A program made the translations under genes and the position numbers. The notes below the pieces were generated by a model that was given only the letters and a program-made list of their open reading frames with translations, did not search any database and had not been told where the DNA came from. From Amphiscolops sp. MND2022 (Eukaryota), in assembly GCA_964187785.1 (NCBI GenBank), contig OZ076413.1:46874001-46938000 (forward strand): a stretch of 64,000 nt of DNA, read 5' to 3'. Shown one piece after another: positions 22,747 through 33,934 of this stretch (positions are counted from its first letter, which is position 1; each line of letters begins with the position of its first letter).

Positions 22747-24335
22747 AGACTTTCGACCCTTATTGAGTTGAATATGTACATGACTGGGCCATTTTAAATC
22801 GCTGGTTTCAATAACACCGAGATTTTCGGGAAGTTTCACATTTCGAACGACTCAGACGTGTTCAGAAAAACAGTGGGTTTGCCAGCCAATGTAAACACTT
22901 ACTTTTGCTGGAATTAGCTATCATACTATTAGAGACATTCGAGTTTCATCGCCTTGCTAAATCATTGTGAAAATCATGGATTATGATATTATTCTTTGTT
23001 GATAGGATGACTGGCTTTGTTGTCACCCGTATTCGTTCGATAATTTAAATACTGGCTGAAAAAGATAACTATACTCGGTGTGAGGAATGATTATTCCAGT
23101 AACAAACAACAATCTCTCACTATCATTCTTCAGCTGTATGATGTCTTCGTCTTGTTGTTTGATCACATCCTCTTTATGATGCAGCTCGTTCATCATCAAT
23201 GTCAACACTTTCTTGACTGATTCTTCAGTTTGTTTTATGGATCATCTTTGTCATAGTCATGGAGTCCATGTTCGCCAATCTGAAACTATGTAATAAATTT
23301 ATCACAACAATTTTTTATGGATATAGATGTCGGAAACTAGTGAATTCTTTTTCAAAAGAAGCAGATATCATCTCTCGAAAATTACAAGGACTGTGTTTTT
23401 TATATGGAACTCGTTTTAACAGATGACCTTAGATGTTTAATTCTCGGCTTCAACTTTAATGACGAAGGCAATGATAGTGGTTTTACTTTTTAACCGCTAT
23501 TCCCAATTGGTGCTACATCAAAGAACATTGACTAGGTTTTAATTTTAAAACCAGCGCAAATGAAGTCTCCTCGACATCTCGTTTGTCTAATACCACAAAA
23601 AATAACCAAAGCTCTTTTGTGGAATTGTGGAGCAACCCCGAATGAAAATGAACAAGCACCTCCGCGGTCACATTGAAAGGTCATTTACTTGGTGAAATCC
23701 TTAGTATAATAGCTATAAAATATAGCGTAACTCCTATTAAGCACCAAAAATTTTTTAAAATAAAAATTATGAATTAATAATTATTATTATTTCCACTGTG
23801 CATGAATGCGTTCGAATTTCATGTAATTTCAATGATATGGTTCTTTTAAGAAGTCATAATTTATCTTTCATAAATGTTTGCTCATAAAAGTCCCACAATG
23901 ATCATAGAAATGTTCGAATTTTGCAGGCTTTTATTTTAAATTTTTTATTCGTTCAGTAGGTATCTCATTCAGTGGATTGATGATTTTCTGCTCAAAATTT
24001 GTCGGGTGGTTGTTGAGAAGGGGAGCTGGTGTTGTAGGGTGCTGCTCCAATGTACTACTAAGCTCCAGGTTACCAGTTTCCAGGTAAGATCACGGTGGTT
24101 ATCGATACACTGCCTGAAAAAACCATAAAAAAGACTAGAATTGGGTTATAGAAAAAATGCTATTTTTTGAAATGAAATAATTAGGTAAATTGCTTGTAGT
24201 GGTTTGCAACCTCTCAAAATGAATAATTACACAAAAAAATGAATAGATTCTCTGACATTTAGAAAACTGATCAAACTAGGTGGTCTCTAGGTGCTCTTTG
24301 TTTTGAGCTGTTTCCTCCCCACTTTCGTTGAAGAA

Positions 24336-27300
24336 TCATTTTGGTTGAGTAACAACAGTTTCAGACGAGAAGGTCAATGGTGCATCTATAAATGTGTTCA
24401 TTTGAAAATTTATTAGCTCCTACTTTTGATACCAACTATGTGGTTCGCCAGTTTTGAAAACTATGACTTATGAACATCGCAGTTTTGTTTCATTTTTTTG
24501 TTTTTCAAAACTGACGAAACTGGGGTGCAGAATTAGGTGGTGTTTTAATGCCAAAAAAACTTACTTTCTTCCTTCATTTTGAAGTAGAGAAGGCAGCCAC
24601 ATCCAATGCAACAACAACAGCCACAGGTACAGCCGACGATGATCACAATTATGGCAATGAGCATGCCTCTGAAATCAATGACACAAACTTACAAACATTC
24701 TAAGACTCACATGATTGTCATCGATCAGCCCACGTCTTGTAAAAAAAACAAAACTGACTTTTTTTCCTAAACCTGATAGAAATTTTGAACCGCAAAATGA
24801 ATTATTGCAAAACACTACTAAACTGTCAAACTTTGTGGCTACCCATTTTACTAATAACTGAGAATTTGTAATTAGCTGGCAGTGCTGCGACTCTAATCGT
24901 TTTTTTTTCCTTTTGAAAAATCAACGTAGTTAAAACTGACAAGGACAGCAGTTTTGGAGAGTTTCAAAGCATGTGAATGATGTTTCATGCAGATCCTTCA
25001 CAGGCACTCTTAGTTCAGTAAAGACACAGTAGTTATGTTTCATGCATGGAGCCATATTTCTCAGTTTCCGGAAACCACAAGTTTTTTAAATTTCGGCTGA
25101 AATTACTGCATTATGCATTTCTCACAAAGTTTGTACAAGTCCAAATTTTATTACAATTTCGAAGATTTGTAACAAGATTCTGATAACATTTTTGCAAAAT
25201 TTGCACGTATTCGTATGAAAATTTATTTCATCGATGAAATAACGAAACAATTTTGAACAAAATAAACAATATATAACGAACATACGTGCTTGAAATCATC
25301 GTAATCATCGTAATAATAGTGACAATTTTTCTGACAGACGTTTCGAAAGCATTTCTTCGTTTTGGTTGATTTCAAAAGGCACGTCGCTATGCACTGCATA
25401 GCATGACGGAAAGTAAGAAAATTTCTGAGCTTAGTTTTTGCTTCAAAACGCCTGTCATTCGCGTTTTTTGTTTGTAAGTTGTTTTTTTGCGACCAAGACA
25501 ATCGCCCTTATATGTAAAACAATCGAAGCAACATTCTCACAAGGTCAAGGAGCACAAGGACAGGTTCACAAGGCCTTAGCGTTTTGAGTGTCTTTGTTAA
25601 TTTACACAACTGAGATATAAGATGACTAACCGTACGGTACAGTCTAAGTTGGAAATGTCGTTGTTTTCGGGAAAAGACGAGGATTTTGAATATTTTGCTG
25701 AACGTTTTGAAGCTCGGCTTCATTTATTGGAATTGAGAACTGTCCTTCTTGATCAGGAGAATTTGCCTGAGGAAACAGATGCGAATTTTGCTAGTAAGCA
25801 GAACAAGTTGAAAGAAAATCAGTTCGAAGTTTGGTGTGAACTGGTTCAATGTCTAGATAGAAAGTCATTGAGTACGTTAAAACAGCGAAACCTAACGGTA
25901 CTCAGGCTTGGAAACTTTTGCAAGACTGTTTCAAAAGTCGTGAACGTCCTCGTATCCATCAACTTTTGAATAAGTTAACGAACCTAAGAATGTACTCACA
26001 AGAAAGTCTGCGCGATTATTTGATGAGAGCTGAAAAACTCCAGCTTAATCGAACCGATGTTGGAGAAAACGTTAGCGATCAAATGCTATGTTCGGTAGTT
26101 CTAAAAGGTTTGCTGAACAGCTTTGCAAGTTTCGTAACTGTTTTCAAGTTTTCGCATGAAGCTAAAACCTTTGCAGATCTAAAACGAGATCTTTTGAATT
26201 TCGATAGTGATAGTTGCCGAGGTCAACCCGAACAGGGAACAAGTTCACATTTCACTAAAGACGTGAAATGCTTCAAATGTGGTAAAATAGGCCACCGACA
26301 AAATGAATGCAGAGCAAAAGTGTCTGTCATAGCGTGTTACGAATGTGATGAAAAAGGCCACAAGGCAAATGAGTGCCCCAAAACGAAAAATTAAGTCGAA
26401 AACAGGAGCTCCGCGTGAGACGACCCAAAAAAAACGTTTTTACACGAAGCGAAATGAGAGTAATCTAACTGCTGAAAAACAAGGTTTCTCGTTTCATACT
26501 AGTCAAGTACATTCGACGTGTAAGAAGATAGATCTTTCAATAGACAGTGGCTGCACGAGTCACATGATAAAGGAGGCTGAATTGTTCAGAGACTTAGACT
26601 TTTCGAAAATGGGTAATGTTGAATGTGCGAACGGCACTGAATCTAGCATTGAAGGTCGAGGATCCGTTAGTTTCTTGGCAATAGACAATCAAGGCCAAGA
26701 TCAAATCTTGGAACTTCAACAATCGTTGTACGTTCCCCAATACACAAAAAACTTAGTTTCGATAAAGAAACTGAACGAACAAAATGCGAGCGTTCATTTT
26801 GATGCAAACCCTCGCATAGTTCAGGATGGAAGATGTTTTCCGTTAAAGTGCGAAAATAACTTGTTTTATCTACAAGTTGATTGTTTGCATGAGCAAAGCA
26901 ATGCCGCAACTGCAAATCTTCAACTATGGCAAGAACGACTTGCTCACAAAAACAAAATTGATGTTCGAAACTTGGCAAAGGCTGTAGTCGATATGAACAT
27001 AATTGATGAAAGAAACGAACCTAGCGATGTGTGTAACACCGAAAAGGCAAAGCGGTTACCGATAAGCCGTGAAGTTGCAACTAGATCTAAAAAAACCTTT
27101 AGACATAGTCCACGTAGATATATCGCCACTAAACACGGCGTCGATAGACGAATTCAAGTACGCTCTAGGATTCGTTGATAGCTTCAGCAGGCTCGGTGCT
27201 GTTTATCTTTTAAGAACAAGAACCGAAGTCGGAACAAAGCTTTTGAAGTTTAGAGCTGAGCTTGGCAAACCTCGCAGGATTGTCACTGATAATGCTGAAG

Positions 27301-30300
27301 AGTTCAAGTTTGGAAATTTCGCTGACATTTGTTTACAGCAAGGAATTCATCAAGAGTTTACTTGCGAATACACTCTACAACAAAACAGTAAAATAGAACA
27401 AGTTTGGGGAACCATCGGCGCGATGGCGAGGTGTCTGTTGAAAACAGCAGGCTTACCTGACACTTTTTGGTCGTTTGCATACCAAGCAGCTTTCCACATA
27501 AGAATTCGGTGCATTCACTCTGCTCATGGCATGACACCGTTCGAGAAGTTTTTTGACAAGACACCAGATTTGTCCCATTTTCGAGTTTTTGGATGTCAAG
27601 CATTCATGTACTTAGAAAAACCAAAGCGAAAAAAAACTTGAGAGTAGATCTTTTGAAGGTTTTTTACTCGGCTATAGCAACAAATCTAAGTCTTTCTCTG
27701 ATTGGAATTTTCGATGGCGCAGAGCTCATCACGAAAAGTAGCCAAAATGTACAATTCAACGAGACTAGTTTTCCAGGAAAAACACACTTCGCAAACAGTG
27801 AAAGTGCCAGTGAATTTTTCTTCGAACTCAACGAAAGGGGGAGTGAAGTAGAGTTGCAAAACACGGAATCAGTCGCCGATACACACAACTTGATTAAAGA
27901 TGTGAGTGAGTTGCCAAACGGTGATTCAGGCGGTAATCCAGAAACTTTGGTTAACGAAATTTCGGACGAGAGTATAACAAGAAACCAACCGCATAGTTCC
28001 ACTGTGCATACTACGACTAGATACGGACGAAAAGTCAAGCCGCCCAACAGGTACGCCCCAGGTACCAGCAGCAACTTGTGTTACAATTTAGGTTCGTCTG
28101 AGTTCGATGAAATTGAAACGCTTGCATACCGTAGCGTTTATGTTGATCAAGAGTTACCGAAAAGCATTGAAGGAACACTTTTTTCTCCAGAGTGGTATCG
28201 TGCGATGAAAGCGGAATACGACTCTTTACAGAAAAATGAAGTTTGGGACATTGTTGAAATGCCAGAAGGAAAAAACCTCGCTACAGGTAAATGGCATTTT
28301 GCACTTAAGCGAAACAGTGAAGGAGAAATTATTAGGCATAAAGCAAGATATGTGGCTAGAGGATTCAAACAAAAACGAGGAGTTGACTACGATCAAACAT
28401 ATAGTCCGACTGTCAAAATGGTAACACTTCGAGTTTTACTGAGTTCGGCAGTTCAAAACGAAATGAAGTTGAAACAGTTAGACATAAAAACCGCATACTT
28501 GAACACAGGTATAGTAGAAGAAATTTTTGTTGATCAACCACCAGGATTTGTTAAGAAAAATGCCAACGGCAAAAGCTATGTTTGTAGATTGAAAAAATCA
28601 CTTTTTGGATTGAAGCAGTCCGGTCGCAACTGGTTCAGTACACTTAGAGATTTTTTGCTCAGCATTCAGTTCAAGCCGAGCAAAAGTGATCCCTGTTTGT
28701 TTTTGAGGGAACGAAACGGTCATAAGGATTTTGTAACAAGTTGGGTAGACGGTTTAGTCTACTGTAGCGACGATATTAGTTTTTGCGAAAAATTTGAGAA
28801 AGCACTGAGCACAAAGTTCTTGATCAGTGAAGTTGATGACTTGAATTGGTTCTTGGGAATGCAAATCAGACATGAAAAAGGTAGACTAGAAATTTCCCAA
28901 GAAAACTACATCGAAAAATTACTTGAAAACTTTGGAATGAAAGATGCCAAAGGACTTTTTACGCCTGTTGCTGAAAAGCAACAAATCAGTAAGTCGGACT
29001 GTCCTAACGAAGGCAGTCAAGAACAAAAGGAGATGAAAAATTGTAATTTTCGTGGAATGATTGGTTGTCTGAATTACTTAGCGAACACATCAAGACCTGA
29101 TATAACTTTTGCCGTCAGAGCCTTGAGTCGATACATTCAAAATCCAGGCCGTAAACATTGGTTACAAGGAAAACACAATTTGAGGTATCTAAAGGCAACA
29201 AAGTGTAGGAAACTGACGTATAGAAAATCCAAAACACTCGCGCTCACAGGTTTCAGTGAGGCCGACTGGGCAGGAAAGTTAGATGATAGGAGGTCCACCA
29301 GTGGTTTTTGCTTCTTTTTGAAGTCAGAATCAGGAGCTATTAGTTGGAGTTCTAAGTTACAGACAACGGTGGCGACCTCGACAGCTGAGGCAGAAACAAT
29401 GTCGTTATTTGCAGCTTCTCAAGAACTTGAGTTTCTGCGGGGCCTAGCGATCGAGATCGGAATTGACACTGAAAAGCCTACTAAGGTACTTGTAGACAAT
29501 CAGGCTTGTATCGCCATAACTAAAAATACAGTGAATTCTCAGAAAGTGAAGCATTTTGCAATTAGGTTGAGCTTCATACAAGAAAAAATAGAAACGCTAC
29601 ATTTGGATGTTGAGTTTTGTCCAACCAGTGAAATGATTGCCGACTTGCTAACTGAACCGTTGGCAAAAGTTAATGTTGAAATGTTCAGCAAAAGACTCTC
29701 CGGAGAATGTAACTTGCAATCGAGCTCCGAAAAGGGGGAGTTTTAAAATATAAGAAGTCATAGCATGTTTCGAAGCTAGAAAGAAGATTTTTGATATGTA
29801 TGAACAACTTCTCCAGTTAAAACAAGTCACGCTTTTTGTATTTCAGCGGGAGATAATCATTAACTGCTGATGTTTGTTTTGTAAATCACTTTTCTGTTAA
29901 CTTCTCTGAATACAGTTGAATTGAAACTAACAACTCTTTGTCTCACTCAGCCTCAAAAGTCAAGAGTTCGCCAGTTTTGAAAACTATGACTTATGAACAT
30001 CGCAGTTTTGTTTCATTTTTTTGTTTTTCAAAACTGACGAAACTGGGGTGCAGAATTAGGTGGTGTTTTAATGCCAAAAAAACTTACTTTCTTCCTTCAT
30101 TTTGAAGTAGAGAAGGCAGCCACATCCAATGCAACAACAACAGCCACAGGTACAGCCGACGATGATCACAATTATGGCAACGAGCATGCCTCTGAAGTCA
30201 ATGACACAAACTTACAAACATTCTAAGACTCATATGATTGTCATCGATCAGCCCACGTCTTGTAAAAAACAAAACTGACTTTTTTTCCTAAACCTGATAG

Positions 30301-32934
30301 AAATTTTGAACCGCAAAATGAATTATTGCAAAACACTACTAAACTGTCAAACTTTGTGGCGACCCATTTTACTAATAACTGAGAATTTGTAATTAGCTGG
30401 CAGTGCTGCGACTCTAATCGTTTTTTTCCTTTTGAAAAATCAACGTAGTTAAAACTGACAAGGACAGCAGTTTTGGAGAGTTTCAAAGCATGTGAATGAT
30501 GTTTCATGCAGATCCTTCACAGGCACTCTTAGTTCAGTAAAGACACAGTAGTTATGTTTCATGCATGGAGCCATATTTCTCAGTTTCCGGAAACCACAAG
30601 TTTTTTAAATTTCGGCTGAAATTACTGCATTATGCATTTCTCACAAAGTTTGTACAAGTCCAAATTTTATTACAATTTCGAAGATTTGTAACAAGATTCT
30701 GATAACATTTTTGCAAAATTTGCACGTATTCGTATGAAAATTTATTTCATCGATGAAATAACGAAACAATTTTGAACAAAATAAACAATATATAACGAAC
30801 ATACGTGCTTGAAATCATCGTAATCGTGCAGTTAGTTACCTTTATGGTATACAGTTACTTAAAAGAACATACTCTTGAACGCGTTGTTTTTAGTCGGCGT
30901 TTTCGAAGAAAAACCCGACTCTTACAGTAGCTAGTTTTTTCCGTCAGTTCAGCGCAATCGGTCCACTTTTTGTGCATTATGCACTTTTACCATATGTACT
31001 TAGTACTTCATTTTCAACGCATCCAAAGCATCTAACAAACCATTCCAAAGCAAAAGGGCCCCCTTTCCACTTTTTTCGACACTATGAGACTTTCCCCCTT
31101 TTTTTCAGCACTGTGAGACTGTTCAAATTTATCATTTTTCCCCGAAATTTTTTTATTGCTCCAAAGGGTCCCCCATCATTTTTTTGATACTTTGCAACAG
31201 AATGGATGTTCAAAAAATCCTAAATGGCCCCCTTTTACATTTTTCGGCACTATGCGACTTACCGGAGACTTCAAAAATAATTTCGAAAAAAATTCAGAAT
31301 TTTTTCCTCTATTTTTAGTTTTTTGAGAGCTTTTGTTGTCTCCAGTCGTAGAAAAAGTGGTTTTTGAGTCTCATTGAGCCTTAGATATGGCGCCGACTTG
31401 GGTCGCTCCCGGCTTGTTCAACGTTAACAGATACAGAGAAGCGTTATGAAGTATTGTCCGTCCGGGAATTGACAAACACTACTAACTCATTGCAGTCTTT
31501 CGCGGTTGTACAGTGTTCGCTGCAACATTTCCTTTCGTTGCTTTCGACATACATCTTGGCATTGGCCGCATGTTCACACTCAGAGTCAATTTCACAATCC
31601 AAGTCCCAGAAATCCCAATACACATCCTTGCTGTTCCATTCGTTAGGGTGGTACCTACAAAATCGCTTCGGATGTTGTGTTGAGTTCTCACATCTCATTG
31701 GTTATAATTATCGGCATACGTTTTACAAGATCCTCATAACGTGAACATCTTTAGCATGCACCCTAACACAGTATAGGATAATTTAAAAAAGACAACTGCA
31801 CAGTTTCTTACATTGATGAGCTTTTGTAATTAGAATATGAACAAAGGAAAAGCTTTCCCTCGTGCAAATCAATTTACAATTCAAAACTATAAGTTAACGT
31901 TTCCGTTTCAGTTCCTAGATTTCAATAATCACATGAAGCAACGAGGCTTTCCAGCGTTTGACATCTTAGAGTTCTTGGCAAGATCCTGGAAATTTCCCAT
32001 TAATACATTAAATGCAAACACATTAAATTTCAAGATGCTGGTTCGAATTTCTTCCAAAATATTACTGTTGCTCACCGCCTCCAAACCTTTTGTATGTGAT
32101 CCTACAGGAAAAGCCATGCAGGGGTCAATGTGTTGGAGGGTTGAAGCTGTCAGAAGCTTTTGTGAGGAAAAACCAAACGAGGTATGCAAGCTCAACTTTT
32201 GAACAAATCCTCGGAAGCACAAAACCTGGAGTTCAAACGGCCAGAGAAAAAAATTACATAAGCATCCGGAAGTAGTTTCATAACTAGTTGGTTGAATCTT
32301 TGGGAAAGCATTGAGAAATTCTGGAACTGAAACGCACCTTTTGCAGTCTTCCCATGACATGCAATCGTTGTTGCAACATCTATTGCCCCAACTCGAATCG
32401 AACTCGGGATCGCACTCGGAATCCCAAACACATCCGTGAACAACTGGGAAGACGGTTACAGCCAACAGTAGCACCACTGTAAAATGGAATTGAGTGATCA
32501 AATTTGAAAGTAGAAAAGGCTAAAATTTTGTTTCATTTCAAAAAGATGGATGATGAACAATATTTGACATAAAAACGCTCTTACGGGCCCTCGTAGTTTC
32601 CAACGTTTATTTTTTCTGTCTGAAGTAAAAGACTGCCTGTTTCGTCAAACTTTGTTCTTTTCTTGTAAAAATATTAATCTTTTGTCCAACTTTTTTCCAA
32701 GTAACAAATTTTCACTGAAGATGGTAAAAGGCGATTGTCTGGAACAACCCATTTTGTATATAGTTTTCTGCAGTAGAGCGATCGGTTTTCATTACCATAT
32801 CTATTTATTCAGCTACGAAAAAAAGCACAAAATGATCATTTCGAAAGATTTTGTTTTTCACCGTTGTTACGTAAACAATCCGAGATTAAAAGTGAAACCC
32901 AAACGTACTTACAGATCAGCTTAGACAATGACAT
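24336..32934 (-). CDS. Predicted ~160-aa Cys-rich type I membrane protein: signal peptide, two 6-Cys modules, TM with Cys string, short tail
   Basis: Exons 32934-32913, 32476-32338, 31654-31487, 30191-30088 (or its duplicate 24668-24565), 24385-24336. All introns GT-AG, phases 1,2,2,1 join without stops: MSLSKLILVLLLAVTVFPVVHG-CVWDSEC...CCNNDCMSWEDC...CEIDSEC...CCSEHCTTAKDC...GMLVAIIVIIVGCTCGCCCCIGCGCLLYFK...VVTQPK*. Confidence 0.75.
24443..25306. repeat. Direct repeat A (864 bp) of host intron/exon sequence
   Basis: Matches 29966-30825 except ~4 substitutions and 2 homopolymer length differences; contains TM exon 24668-24565. Confidence 0.95.
25622..29965 (+). mobile_element. Ty1/copia LTR retrotransposon, decayed; gag-pol split into 5 overlapping ORFs; no 5' LTR seen
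   Basis: Two CX2CX4HX4C knuckles, protease DSGCTSH, integrase before RT (copia order), KARYVARGF, QLDIKTAYL, LFGLKQSGRNW, catalytic motif altered to WVDG, RNase H ADW...ADLLTEPL. PPT AAAGGGGGAG at 29731-29740, then a probable 3' LTR at 29741-~29962. Confidence 0.93.
29966..30825. repeat. Direct repeat B (860 bp) of host intron/exon sequence
   Basis: Matches 24443-25306; contains TM exon 30191-30088. Confidence 0.95.
30887..31418 (+). mobile_element. HINE copy (intronic)
   Basis: TTTTTAGTCGGCG...GCGCCGACTTGGGTCGCTCCCGGCTTGTT. Confidence 0.8.
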
Positions 32935-33934
32935 ATGTTTTTGTCGCTTGAATTGACAGTGTCTGCTTCTCAAGTCCGAAATATCAGCGGTTAAATTTTA
33001 GCTTATATTATTTTTAGCTAATCATCTCAAATTTATTATTCAAAGTACTTGCCAAAAAACCCATCTCAGCATGCTTCATTCACAAACGTCCGAAAACTTC
33101 ACGTCAGTCGAGTTTGTATCTCAATTTTATAGAAGACTTCTAGTTGGTAAAATAATAGCGAAGACGTCGCATAATAAAGGTACCAACAGAAACTGAACAA
33201 TAGCTATACAAAGCGAACCAAGTAAAGACGTAGTTTTTGCTCACGATCAAGAGAAAATGGTGGGCCAATTTTGTGAATGCATCATCAGCTAAAGATTACT
33301 TAAGACACTTCTTTGTGACTACAAGTGGAATTATTGTTTGACAAAATTTGAATACTTGATGTTCAAAAACTTGATTAATAAGTAGCTGGTTTTGTGAACT
33401 TAGTGTCCTTCAAAAATACCAGAAAGGCTTAGAATTAGATGTGATATACTTTACTAGGGTGAAATTAATATGTGCGGGGCAAGAAAAAAGCTAAAAGTTC
33501 CGTCGTTGGTCTGTTTTCAATTATTTCAAAAATATTTCTGTTACTATTTTCTTCAAAAGTATTAACAGCTGTCAACCCCTGTAGACTTTGATAAGACAAG
33601 GTGATTTCTTGAAACCGAACTGAAAAGTGAGTTTTTTTCGTCTAGAAAAAGATGAAACATGAAATATTAGAAACGTTAACATTCTATAAACAGTCTCACT
33701 CTAGTCCAAATACGACATCCTTATCACTTTTGAAGATTTTATTTAGAGGCTCTTCGATTTCATAAACAAATTAGAAATTCAACATTTTTGGCTAGCAAGA
33801 AGCTCACTAGTTTCTCACCCATGTAGACGCTCACAAAACTATCACGCCTATTGTAGTAAAACAAAGCGTGCCAATTAAGGTGCATATTTTTACAACGGCA
33901 CGCTGTCGCCGTTGCTTCTCCGTCAATAAAAAAG

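Noticed and set aside
23023..23283. Possible exon with coiled coil and hydrophobic stretch
   Set aside because: In-frame stops near the acceptor and no partner exons could be linked.
23995..24340. Reassigned genetic code (TAA/TAG read as Gln)
   Set aside because: BRIX1 and the long exons of other genes contain many Gln codons with no in-frame TAA/TAG; mutational decay is simpler.
24443..30825. 860-bp direct repeats as the LTRs of a young copia
   Set aside because: No TG...CA, no 5-bp TSD, no adjacent PBS, the PPT is 225 bp away, and the repeats contain an in-frame host exon.
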